Under the pieces are notes generated by a model. The model did no database searches. It had not been told where the DNA came from and saw only the letters and a program-made list of their open reading frames with translations. A DNA stretch of 60,387 bases, filler included, from Sphacelaria rigidula (taxonomy: Eukaryota): the NCBI GenBank assembly GCA_964200075.2. It is 9 parts of 9 records of this genome, joined end to end, with 100 filler letters (N's around TTAATTAATTAA, not from the genome) between each part and the next. Parts side by side here need not be neighbours in the genome. Positions count along the whole stretch, not along the records: positions 20,164 to 26,784 come from CAXNAA020019005.1; positions 26,885 to 33,505 come from CAXNAA020019006.1; positions 33,606 to 40,226 come from CAXNAA020019007.1; 6 more parts are not named here. One strand, 5' to 3'. The stretch's first letter is position 1; each line of letters opens with the position of its first letter. A program made the translations under genes and the position numbers. Positions 24,063 to 38,845 of this stretch are shown here, piece after piece.

Positions 24063-24420
24063 CTTGTGCGGGTTAATTGAGAATGGACAGATTTCTCCTC
24101 TCTAGTCCGAGCGTCTTGTGTAAAATACTGTTCCGAAAATGATCATTTTTCAATTTAGATAACGTATGGAAAACCGGGCGTGAACGTACCGATCTATGTA
24201 CGGAGAGGAGAGACATGTACGCCATCGATACATTTGATGACTTGTGCGGGGTAATAGAGAATAAATAGTGACAGTTTTCTGCCCTTCAGTCCAAGCGCCT
24301 AGTGTAAAATATTGTTCCGAATAGGATTATTTTTCAATTTTGGTGAAGTGTGAAAAACCGGACGTGAATGTACTGATCTATTTATGGAGCGGAGAGACAT
24401 TTACGCCATTAATACATTCA
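24063..24420 (+). repeat. Tandem duplication, ~178-bp unit x2
   Basis: cttgtgcggg.taat.gagaat...gtgtaaaata.tgttccgaa...ggagagacat.tacgccat at 24063-24237 and 24241-24420. Confidence 0.9.
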
Positions 24421-24861
24421 AATTATAATATAATACGCCGTAAATAACAGACCCGAAACTCGATAGAGTTTAGCATAACAATGACGTGACGGTTAAGCTT
24501 GGTTTCGAGTGAAACCGTGTAGAAAATACCTCGAGGTAACCTCACAGCCTGCACGTGCCCGGTGTCGGGTACAGCTGTCCCATAGCCACCGACGCACCCT
24601 TGAACTGAGTCACCGAGTGTACTTGCCTGCAACTGACTCTGACGGCCGTGCCACGGGCCCTCCGCGCGATCATACAGGAACAATATTGTCGGGCTGAAAT
24701 GTAAGATATTACTTGATTTTTTGTATATCTGCTCTTCGACGGATCCCACAGGGACGTGATGCATTTCCACGACCAGTCTGAGCCGAGTAACTTCCGATGC
24801 CGCAGCACATCGAGATTATCAGACCAAGCAACCCCGTGCTCAATGTTTTGGATTAGATCGC

Positions 24862-25860
24862 TTGTGCCTTGAATGTTTTCAGAGTAGCTGCACGCGTTTC
24901 ATGACATCTTTTTACGTCGCACCAAATGTTCGAGGCGAATCTACACGATGTGCAACTTTTCATGGCCGAAATGTACAGTGTAGTAATATGTCTACTTTCG
25001 GCTCTTATTCTCTCACGCGACGGAATTCCCCACACCTGCGTCACCGCCTGCTGCACTGCCTGCTGCACCTATCGTAGCACATCGTGAGGACGACGCGACA
25101 TCAGAGACTCAAGACCGGTTGTGTAACATCACTACATTGAAAATTTCGCACCTTGGATACGTGCGGTCCAATGTTTTTACACTCGTACGAAGTAGATATG
25201 TGCGGGAACTCTCACCTGGGACGACAGGAAGGGGCAGCGGGGTGCTGCAATGGACGTAGAGCTCTCGTAGACTACGAGAGGAGCACGTACCTCCTCGCGC
25301 CCTCATGTCTACGCTTGTGCGTTGAGAACATGAACACGTGGATTAAGTTAGGGGCCGGTAGTAGCAGGCGATCTCGAGAGCTGAAGTTCGTTGCCATTGA
25401 GCTGGGACTCGCATGAATGTAGCTCGAATTCTGGAGCAATTGCGTGGTCGATAGGCTGGTAGTTGCGAAGAGGGCGCACAGGAGGAGAAATACCATGGTT
25501 GATGCGTCGTGTTTTGATAATTTGGACACAGCTGGCGCTCTTACCCCGAACGCGGAATTTTTATCCCCGAGAAATCCCCCAAGCACCCACGAAACTATGC
25601 ATATGCTGGGTTTTACTGATCGACTGATTGATTGCCGCACATAAGGTGACCCCCACGAAGTCAGCCGTGGTCACAAGAGAGACGCACCCACTGAATATGA
25701 ACGAAAACAAATTCCAGAGGAAATCCGTAGAGAGGTTGGAATGAAGAAGAAAGGAAAAGGCGATCACGAAATATATGCTGTGAAGAATATGAGTGGAAGA
25801 AGGAGTGAAAACGAAAAGTATGAGCCATTTGAGACGACTGATAGTTATGCACGGGTAAGC
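24862..25860 (+). pseudogene. Possible decayed coding region containing an HExxHxxG(F) zincin-like motif
   Basis: ORFs starting at 24862, 25153, 25444 and 25741 are all in the same frame and separated only by isolated stops. HETMHMLGF at 25588-25614. Confidence 0.25.
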
Positions 25861-26884
25861 GGACCTTCCGGAGGTTACGGGAGGGAAGCTTCCGCAAGGA
25901 AGACATATTTCCTAAGCGCACGTGAACACACTGCGGATATTCATGCTCAGGTGTGCTCCAAACCCATACAGGGCAGAACCGGCGAAAACACTGGTGTGAG
26001 AAATCGCGCCCTCTCTATGCGCCACGTAGTGCTTCGTGTACCGTCCCCACAATGCCTACATCTCACCATCCTGTCCGTGTATTTGTTTGAGAATTGTTGT
26101 GGTCGCAGTCGGGGCAGCAGAGTTGCGCGTAGTCTTCGAGGGAAAGCATCCGCCGGAAGTCAGAAGTTTGGCTATAAGCTCACATTATCGGGCGTAAACA
26201 TGGGTGACATTTCCTGGTGTTTCACTGGTCCATGATTCCCTTGTAAGTTCATCTGCCACGAGAAGAACTCCGGAAGACTCTTCTGCCGGGAGCCTTCCAT
26301 TATCGTGCACTTCCATTTGGAGTCTTGATATCCAGAGGAACGCCCCTCTGGGATATCACTTGTCAACTTTTTACAGGATGGTTCAGGGTGGACGCCCCAA
26401 GTATTTTACCCGGCGATTCCTCACGCGGGTTTTTGGATTCAGACCCTAAAATTTTGCACACGAGTACGACGAGATACTGCTAAAATGTCCATTCTTTTTT
26501 TTCAACTTCGCTTGATGTCCGGGGTCCCGGGGAAATATAATCTAATACAGTTTTGTGGGACTCCGGATACTTGGCGAAAGAAAAGAATAAAACCCGTTCG
26601 TAGAACCTTTGAAAATATATCATAGTACACGTGTGCAAAATTGTACGTTCAAACTTCAAAGTACCGCGTGAGAAATTGCTCTCACATGGGGTCAAGCGTA
26701 AAACAATCTGAACAGTGTTTTCGTGAGATTAAGATTGAGAGTGGCTTTGATCATTCGCTTTAAGTGAGTAATTTTCTTATTCCANNNNNNNNNNNNNNNN
26801 NNNNNNNNNNNNNNNNNNNNNNNNNNNNTTAATTAATTAANNNNNNNNNNNNNNNNNNNNNNNNNNNNNNNNNNNNNNNNNNNN

Positions 26885-27180
26885 AAAGGTGGCATGAAAT
26901 CGTTGGATGCACTAGACGAAGGGAGAAAACGATGGCTATACCAGGAGATGGATGGTGGTCAGAGATGGCGAAACAAGACGATGATAAGATATGTGAAAGG
27001 TGTTTGTGTAATGTCTGGAAGAAACGTAATGAGCTGCGGAAGAAACGCAATGAGCGCCAGAATGTTGGAGGCGTCTCTGTTAGGAGTAGGAACGGTGCTC
27101 CGTCTCGAAAGGGATGCGTGGTCAATGGTCGAACGACTAAGGCAAGCAACAAATGAGTACGCCCCCCCCTCCCCCCCCCT
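26885..27180 (+). mobile_element. 3' end of a probable non-LTR (LINE) retrotransposon ORF with a very short 3' UTR and oligo(C) tail (family A, longest copy)
   Basis: Reads ...MAIPGDGWWSEMAKQDDDKICERCLCNVWKKRN...RQNVGGVSVRSRNGAPSRKGCVVNGRTTKASNK*, then gtacg and a C tract. 5'-truncated copies of the same end at 8236-8301, 9678-9739, 33682-33748, 33770-33829, 56856-56936. LINE identity is inferred from the truncation pattern and the W..RN C-terminal motif; no RT domain is visible. Confidence 0.6.
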
Positions 27181-28299
27181 CTATCATCACAGAACACATA
27201 CACATAGGACCCCAAAAAATCGGTTATCGGATTTCAATGGTGTATGGCACGTAGAAATTGGTGACAGCTATCGGTACGTGAAGAAATGCAGGCATATTTT
27301 AAAAAGTTGGCCCACACATATGAAAATTGAAATAAACGGACTCATCATTGTCAATGAAAACCGTTGTCCTCAATTTTCACGATCGGTTGCTATCAATCAC
27401 ACCACATATTCGTGGCGGTTCGCCCGCTGTGCAGAGCGCTATGAACGCCGCCTCACGACTGGAGTCCACGTGCGTGTGGTGGCCGTGTTGCACACTATTC
27501 CATAAGGTTTTCTGCAACACCACGTCTTGATCATCATTTTCGCTTCATTAGTCGTTCGTTTCATTAGTATCACGCATTATCTTGAGATACAACCGGCGAT
27601 TCGCCCAAGGGTGTCGCCGGACGACCCGCCGTAGACGTCTGCACACAAGAGCGCACTGCATCAAGCACTCCACAACTTTCCCATCAATCCTACGCACGGG
27701 TTACAACTTCCGTCTGCAGAAGATAACTCCCACGGTTACTTATGTACCTACGTAACTCATCTGCAATAAACATGTCTACGACCTTCGCTATAGGTGCAAT
27801 CAAAACGCTAATTCATCGTTGTGCTCTTTGCCTGCTTCCGATGCCGAATCCTCTACCTCTGAGTCGCTACACTTGGAGGCTGAATCTCCAAGCCAGATCC
27901 CGGCCGAATGCTTCGATCCGCCCTCTGTAGGACCATCTACACCGCCGTCGCAACGACTGCGACTGGTAAGATCTGGTCCCGGATCCGATTCCCCTCCCGC
28001 TACCCTCGTCATCCTCCCGCCATCTCGTCGGAAGCACTCCTCAACACGACTACTATCAACACCTGCCCCCGGGGCCTGCCTCGCTCCATTTGCCTGCCCC
28101 CCGCCACGCAACACCGCTGACCCGCCCCTTCCATGGTTCGCCGCAGCTCCGCCCTTTCCACGGTTGGCCGTGGATCCGCCCCTCCCCTTACGACGTCGGT
28201 GGCATGTATCGACATATCCTCCGGCGAAACCACCGGTAGCAGTAGCGTCGGCCGCTGGGGCAGGGGGTGGGGGTAAAAAGCAGTGGCCCTGCCAACCGC

Positions 28300-31200
28300 A
28301 GCTCAGCGTACAAGTCCCCAAACATCTGCAATCTCGGCACTGATGATCTATTTGCGCCGCCCTTTCCGGCTTGCACGTGCATCTCAGGATTCGCACGATT
28401 AGGGTTAGGGGTCGTACATGGCCAGGATTTTACCCGACATTGCTTCGAAGAACACGCTGATGGTATGGTGTGCCACCCGATCATTGCTAGCCTCCGATGC
28501 TTTGGTTTCGTCCACGCCAAGTGCCTCTGCGGTGAAGTCTATCCCTGCCCCCCAAAACCGGTTCATGCTGGCCTTCGCCATGTGGTGCAGAAGGTGCCAG
28601 TCACCCACGTATACCCTGAGCCAGTGATAGTAGCCGGGGTTACTCCGGATCAGGTGATACATGAAGTGAAATGTCTCCTCATCGCCGGCAACCATGCATG
28701 CCGCCGCCGAGCCCCTCTCGTCCACATGGCGTATATCAGCAAGACGGTCGATGGCGGCCTTCGAGTCGGACCAACTTTTCGTGGTGCCCGGTTGCATGAA
28801 GAGTTACTTGAACACCTGCGGCTCCCTCTGCATCATCGGTATCGCCGAGTGGGGGAAGTCGAGGATGAGATCACACGAGCGCGCATGATGCAGGGTATAC
28901 ACTCCGTTAGGCATTTGTCCACGCTGACACATTGAATCCATGCCATTCTGCGAGGTTCGCACGTCGCACCATGAAATACCTCCCGCTGCGCGCGACTTTA
29001 AAGCTTGCATCGCAAATAGGAGAAGCACTCGTGCATTCCCTGAAATGTTTCCACAGACTCTTCTTCTCCCAGACTCTTGCTCGTGAATTGTTTACGATGA
29101 AGTCTCAGTACCGGGTGGAACATGCAGAAACGGCACCTCTAGGGATTTCGAATCCGCACCTTGCCAACCAACTCGGTACGAGCAAATACAGTTGGATTAC
29201 CCGTGCGCGGCGTCCGCGCGAAATTATGTCATCACCTAGCCCTAACCCCATCTCAAGTACAAACAGCCTGATATTGATGCGAGCTCAGCTCCAATATCTA
29301 AATATCATCATGTCAGACGCAACACTGCGCCCCACGCACGTGTGTGATTTCGCCATCTTTCGACAATAACATCCCGACCAACTACGGAGCACCCAGAAAT
29401 GGCCAGCTCTGTTCACCTGTCTGAGTTTGATCTCCAAGCACGTTTCGATGTGGCCACCTTCACCTGCGATCCTCGCCACCGCGCAACGGAATGTTGCATC
29501 GTCGAATATGAGGAGGAAATGCTCCCATTGCTGACCATCTCTGTGCCAGGAGGGTCCCGTCATGATATCCGCGGCCACCAGATCACCTTGCCGGCGGTGC
29601 GCGTGCATGAGCGATAGATGCCCAGACAGATTCTTCACGGCCACGCAGGTGGCCGCTATAGTACCTACGTGTGCCCCGACCCCCGGACACTCGTCGTCGG
29701 CCCAAAATCGCAGTTGTCCCAAGGAATCGCAGCAACCCGTAATGCGAGGGCCATGACATGTCTGTCCATCCTCCACTTCACGAAGAACTGTTCCCGCTTG
29801 TACCGCATCGACTCTGTCATGCAGAATCCATGGGCGGCGACGTGGTCGATGGCTGGCGAGGAATATCACCGATCCCCCTTGAGCTGCGCCCCCGTGTTCC
29901 TGTCGCGCCGTTCCACCACCACACCTGTTCGCGGTGCCCATCAAACCCGCCCCGGCATCCCGCGCCGCCAACATGTCGACATTATCCGCTTCAGCGGTGC
30001 GAGGCGCATGAACAGAATCACCTTGCCTCCCGCTCCTTGCTTCATCCACTGTCGGAAAAAGCAAGCCCGGATCATCACTCGACACTTACAAATGGCACAG
30101 ACTGCTCAGCAATGCCAACAGTGCCGGCGGCGTCTTTCTGTTCCCGAAGCCCCGATACGTTCCTCAGTTCGTGTGCACTTTCGATGTCCACCCTGGCGAT
30201 GGACCCAGCCACTATGACCACGGCCCGTTTATCCTCCTCCGAATCGGCAGCTGTCACCCGCTGGAGTGCGTGTTCAACAGGCTGACCAGTCTCCATCTCG
30301 GCGGTGAGGCGGGAGAGAGAACGCTCCAACTCTCGTACCCTCGTACGCATGTTGCGAAGTTCAACGTCGGCCGCAATGGCTACCTCGGGCGCCTCCACGG
30401 AAGGAACGAAATAGATGAACTTGCGTCGCCCACCGCATACAGCCGCATTAACCCCGCTCATCTTCTCAAGCTTGGCGTCGACTGCGCCGTCCGCGGCCAC
30501 CGCATCGACAATTCTCAGCGCTTGCTCCCTGGTGCGCTTGTTTAGAACAGCCCGGGCGTTCACTGCGGTTCTGGCTTCGGTCAGACAGGATTGAACATTC
30601 TCCAGTCCCACTAAACGCCCCTCCTCAACGACCGCAATCACTTTTTGGTGCACCTCTGCAACAAAGTTCGGCTCGGCAGGGGTAGGGGGGGGTGTTAAAC
30701 CAACAGTCACGGGTGTGCAGCTAACCGGAGGGAGGGAATTTGCCTTCCGTCTAGTACTCGTTATCCTGTATCGCTCGATGGAGCACCAAAAACAATCATG
30801 CCGGCTGCACAAGCAATCTGAACTTGATTGATAGTTTTTTAAAGCGCCGTCGGGCGTACACTATCATCATCCGCACACGACTCCGGAAATTGCCGAGCCT
30901 TCGCGATTCGCGCCGCGCCAAGATGACGCCAGGCATTGCCTTCCCCGGGCCCTCGTCGATGGCAGGCAAAGCACAGCTGCGATGTCGGGTCGTGTATCTG
31001 GCCGCAAGAAGAGCACATGTTGCATTCGTCGTCGAAGACGGGAAACTGCATGCCACACACATCACGACTGCACACCCGCTTACGTCCTTTTCCCCTCCTC
31101 ATACCATCACGAGGGGTAGACCCTGCCGGCGCAGCACGCACCCTCCTGCAGCTATCACGATTCGCAGGGAGACCTTGAGAACTACTGCGTCACGTCGTCA

Positions 31201-32253
31201 ATTTCCCTCTTTCACCGCGCGCACGATATTCACCACAATCAGTATCGGGGGGTGTTGCCCGGCGGTCGGGATGCGTCATTAGCTCGCTGGCAGTCCCGTT
31301 TCTACGTGCCTGCGCTACCTGCTCTTGTTCCGAACCCGCGAAAGATGAGCTGCCGACATCTTCAACTCTGCATTGGTCGACCTCAGTGGCGGCGGCATAT
31401 ATAGCCTTCTTCTTTTTCCGCTTCGATTTTGACGCCGGCGCGCCTGTAGAAGTTGGTCGCGAGGTGCATGGTGAGCCTGGTCGCTTGTTACGGTGTCCCG
31501 ACGGCGTGGACAACCCCCCCGGATAGCCCCGAGTAGGACCCCGTCTTGAGTTGTATGGGGAAACGGACATCGGCACTTCCTCGGGAGATCGTATTGCCAG
31601 CAGCTGATCTTCCCTCACGCCATTTCTGTGCTTCAACACCGCCTGCTGTTGTTCATGCCACGCTCCCCATATGTTGTCAACCTCCGGCTTCTTCGTCGCC
31701 GTTCTCTTCCGCCTCTGCCGGACTTGGGCGGTGTACGTCTTTTCTTGGCCTTGGCCGATGGAGTTGGATTTTGTACCTCCGGGACTCTACCATCGGCAGC
31801 TCTCCCGATTTTGCAGGGGGTGTTACCCTCTTCCTTGAGATGTACTGTCGGCGGATTCCGTGGTAATACCTCCCGTACATTGGTTTCTGACGCCGAGGTG
31901 ATGGAGACTTCACAAGTCGCGCCTTCCCCGGCCGATCGAAATTTGAAGTTACTACCTTCTGCACTCGGATGGCCATTGCAACCCCCCAATCCCTGCTTTT
32001 CTACAGATGCGCCATCACTGGATGCGAAGCACGCCTCCGGCGCACTGAACAGCACAGTCACCGTATCTTTTCCGTAGGAACGGGGGCTCAGCCACTTTTG
32101 CGGTTTGACTCGTTCGCCGGTGTGACCCTCGGCGATGTCCTTCACATTTTTCACCGGTGCTACACATTCGGAGTGCGTCAGGGGAGATCTGCTTTCAACC
32201 GCGGATGTGGCATGTGTCGGTCGGATGGAAGCGACAGTGGTGCAGACACTCAA
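28300..32253 (-). mobile_element. Degenerate Academ-like (DUF6589-type) DDE transposase with an upstream Cys-rich region; frameshifts and in-frame stops
   Basis: Ordered motifs IPWDNCDF (WDNCDF at 29721-29704), VAGDEET (GDEET at 28686-28672), WLRVYVGDWHLLHH (GDWH at 28605-28594), then FWGAGI...SNDRVAHHTISVFFEAM. This parallels the DNxDF / GDxxT / PGDWH / NFxRxHxFL..xEAM pattern I recall for Academ/DUF6589 proteins. CxxC clusters at about 30780-31075. TIRs not found. Confidence 0.65.
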
Positions 32254-32947
32254 TTACCTGCCCGGAATAGAGGGGAAAATGATAGATTGGCATAACGTAT
32301 CAGTCGCACAGTCTTCTTTATTTTTCAGGTTGCAAAAGACACGGGTTCGTGTGAAGTGACGATATCCCGAAAAGTGGGCATCCTCAATTTAGTTCAAATA
32401 TCATAGTCATCAGCGGGGACAAGAGGAAAACAGTCGGATGAGCTGGATCTTCAGCACTTCTATTTCGTACGGTAATAGTGCACGAGGGGTATTGTGGTGC
32501 TCTTACCTTGAGACCGATTGCGGTGCCGTATCTCACGTTCGGTCGGCCCCGGCCGGCGTCTCAAAAGTGCTCCAGACGTTGCATCCCAACTGTGAGTCTT
32601 GGGGATCCTCCACATCTACGGTCAGCGAATGTGTGTACTCATGATCATGCATGCCATAGTCATAAGACCATTGGATGTGTGGGGGAGTGGATGCGTGTGG
32701 GATCGTACGTCAATTATTTTTATTACAGGTGTCTTCAATCATGGGGTTATCATGCTGTACTGCCCAACGATAACAGAGTTTTGGTTGACGCACCATCTAA
32801 TCTCATGATCCTGCATGTGATCGTCGTACTGATGTAGTGGTACTGTTCAAGTTCACGACTCGGAATCTGTGTCGTTCATGAGTCGGATAATCTCGCTCCA
32901 CGTAGGGGGTCGTCCAAACCCGAGTGCAGGTTCCCAACATGCCATCG

Positions 32948-33374
32948 ATGCGCAATAAAAAGGCGCCAGGTGGGAGCAATACTTTTCTTCATGGAGTACC
33001 TAACCCGCAGAATTACACGTGACCGACGGCCGCATGTGGCTCATCATGAATGCGGATGGCTTCGACAAGGCCATCATGTAGTACTGTGCATACTGTTTCT
33101 TCCCGCACTCGGCGCTGGTCATACCCGAATATTCCACTTCACAGGCTGTACAATACATGCGCAATAAAAAGGCACCAGGTGGGATGGATACCTTCTTTCA
33201 TGGAGTACCTAACCCGCAGAATTACACATGACCCACGGCCGCATGTCGCTCATCGTGAATGCGGATGGCTTCGACAAGACCGTCAAACGACTACGGCGGT
33301 ATTGTACATACTGTTTCTTCCCGCACTCGACGCTGGTCATAACAGAACATTGCACTTCACAGGCTTTATAATAC
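32948..33374 (+). repeat. Tandem duplication, ~209-bp unit x2
   Basis: atgcgcaataaaaaggc.ccaggtggga...catggagtacctaacccgcagaattacac...cacttcacaggct at 32948-33156 and 33157-33374. Confidence 0.95.
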
Positions 33375-33646
33375 TCTGTGCTGCACTGCACTTCACTCAA
33401 CGAAGTTATGAGGTTCTGTGCTACACTAGGGTGCATGGTGTTGTGCTGCACGCGCTTGTATTGTACTGGGGTGAACAGCTGGTAGAGGAGGAAGGGGGCT
33501 TTCTANNNNNNNNNNNNNNNNNNNNNNNNNNNNNNNNNNNNNNNNNNNNTTAATTAATTAANNNNNNNNNNNNNNNNNNNNNNNNNNNNNNNNNNNNNNN
33601 NNNNNGGGGGATCGGGTCGGCGCGGGGTGAGGGCGGCGTGGGGGGT

Positions 33647-33680
<34 letters not shown>

Positions 33681-35393
33681 CGTACTCATTTGTTGCTTGC
33701 CTTAGTCGTGTGACCGTTGACCATGCATCCCTTTCGAGATGGGGCACCTACAATAGGGATGGTGGGGGCGTACTCATTTGTTGCTTGCCTTAGTCGTTTG
33801 ACCATTGACCACGCATCCTTTTCGAGACGATAGGGAGGGGGGGGGGGATTTTGGACCATTTCTTCCACGAGATTCCACGTCAAATCTTCGTTGAAAGCAG
33901 CAACGGTTGTTCAAGCGCACATGTTACCGATCGATAACGCTCATTAATACCGATCGACTCTGTTTTTACCTAAATACAAGTGCACCGCGAGTGTGTTGGA
34001 TCGGTTGACACACCTGTGAGTCCCTTGTTTCGTAAAAGCAAATACCGCCCCCCCTATCGTAGCATGGCTCCCATTTGAAAAACTAGCACGGAACACAAAT
34101 TGTCAAAACGGCTGGTTCAAAGAGATCAACAGTGGGAACTTTGTGCAAAGACAAACAGTGCCCCACAGGAGGAGCGCCACAACTGTCAATGGTCACTCTG
34201 ATACACTGATACATGGCTTGATGATAACGATCCGACTGACGAGGTCGACTTGATCACAAATTTCTCGACGCTGTTCTGACGCGCGAAAAGGCGAGAACAA
34301 GGAGCGAGGAAAACTCATTCTAAGATGATATCGGGGCAGGTCTTGCGCCGTGATCCGTTTATCCAACCGCGATATGCTTTTTGCCTACATTGTCCTTAAC
34401 AACGACCGAGGGACGTTTTTCCGTGCCAGGCACAGTATTGTAGTAGCGTGTTTTGATGTACAGTGGTGTTTCTGGTACTCGAGATTGAGGAAAAGTGAAC
34501 GATGTCATTTGGTTTGCATTACATGCTGTTCACAGTTGTCACCCAAACTTCACTAATCAGCGAATGCCTCCCGCAAAACGTACCCAATAGTCGTATACAT
34601 GGTATCCTGCTGAACGCCATGGACAACTCAAGATATAACATCGACCGTTTTCTGTTTAAGACCATAGCGGTGGCGCAAAGGGCGAAAAGGTATCTTGGCC
34701 AATCGACGGCCTTCAAATTCTTGTGAAATTGAAAAATGAATTCCAACGCGATTCCTACCCAATCTACACATGCTAACAATACTATCGAAACGCTGACTTC
34801 ACTGACCATTTACAGAAAGCACACGGGGGATGGGCACACGATACCACGCCCCGTTTGTTTGAAATGGCTTCTCGGTGTAAGTCAGCACCCGTCACAACTG
34901 CGATATCAGACTATCATATACCCCCTCTCCTCCCCTCCCTCCCCTCCCTCCCCTCTCGATCAAATTATACATGATATATCTTGCTTAATATCTGCATAGT
35001 CGTGTAGCTGAAGCTTTAGTCTTTGGATAGATCTCGTTGCGACTACACCAAAAATCAAGGGGTCTCAGGAATGAAGAGCAGCATTTCTTGGGAAGCTCAG
35101 ACTTAGATTACTCGCCGCCGGCAGTGCGTACCCCGTCGGCACTGGTCGCCGACGCCGCGTCGTGTTTCTTCCTGAAAATCGCAGGCAGCTGCGACGTTCA
35201 CTCCAGCCTCCTACGCTAAAGTACTGCGGCCACACACGCAATTCTTTCGGTCGTACCCTTTAACGACGGGCAGGTAAAAACAATTAATTTATCGAATCAG
35301 TACGCTTGAAAGACGAATACGGTCAGAGGGTATGGTCCATTTGTTTATGCTCGGAGGGTGGCCATCCGCGAATCGTACCGTCAAACGTCTCAC

Positions 35394-38845
<3,452 letters not shown>

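Noticed and set aside
27094..27162. tRNA gene or CRISPR-like repeat
   Set aside because: No T-arm or B-box, and the copies are dispersed and 5'-truncated rather than regularly interspaced.
27819..28935. Plus-strand ORFs of 174-222 aa
   Set aside because: Best explained as antisense shadows of the GC-rich minus-strand transposase region.
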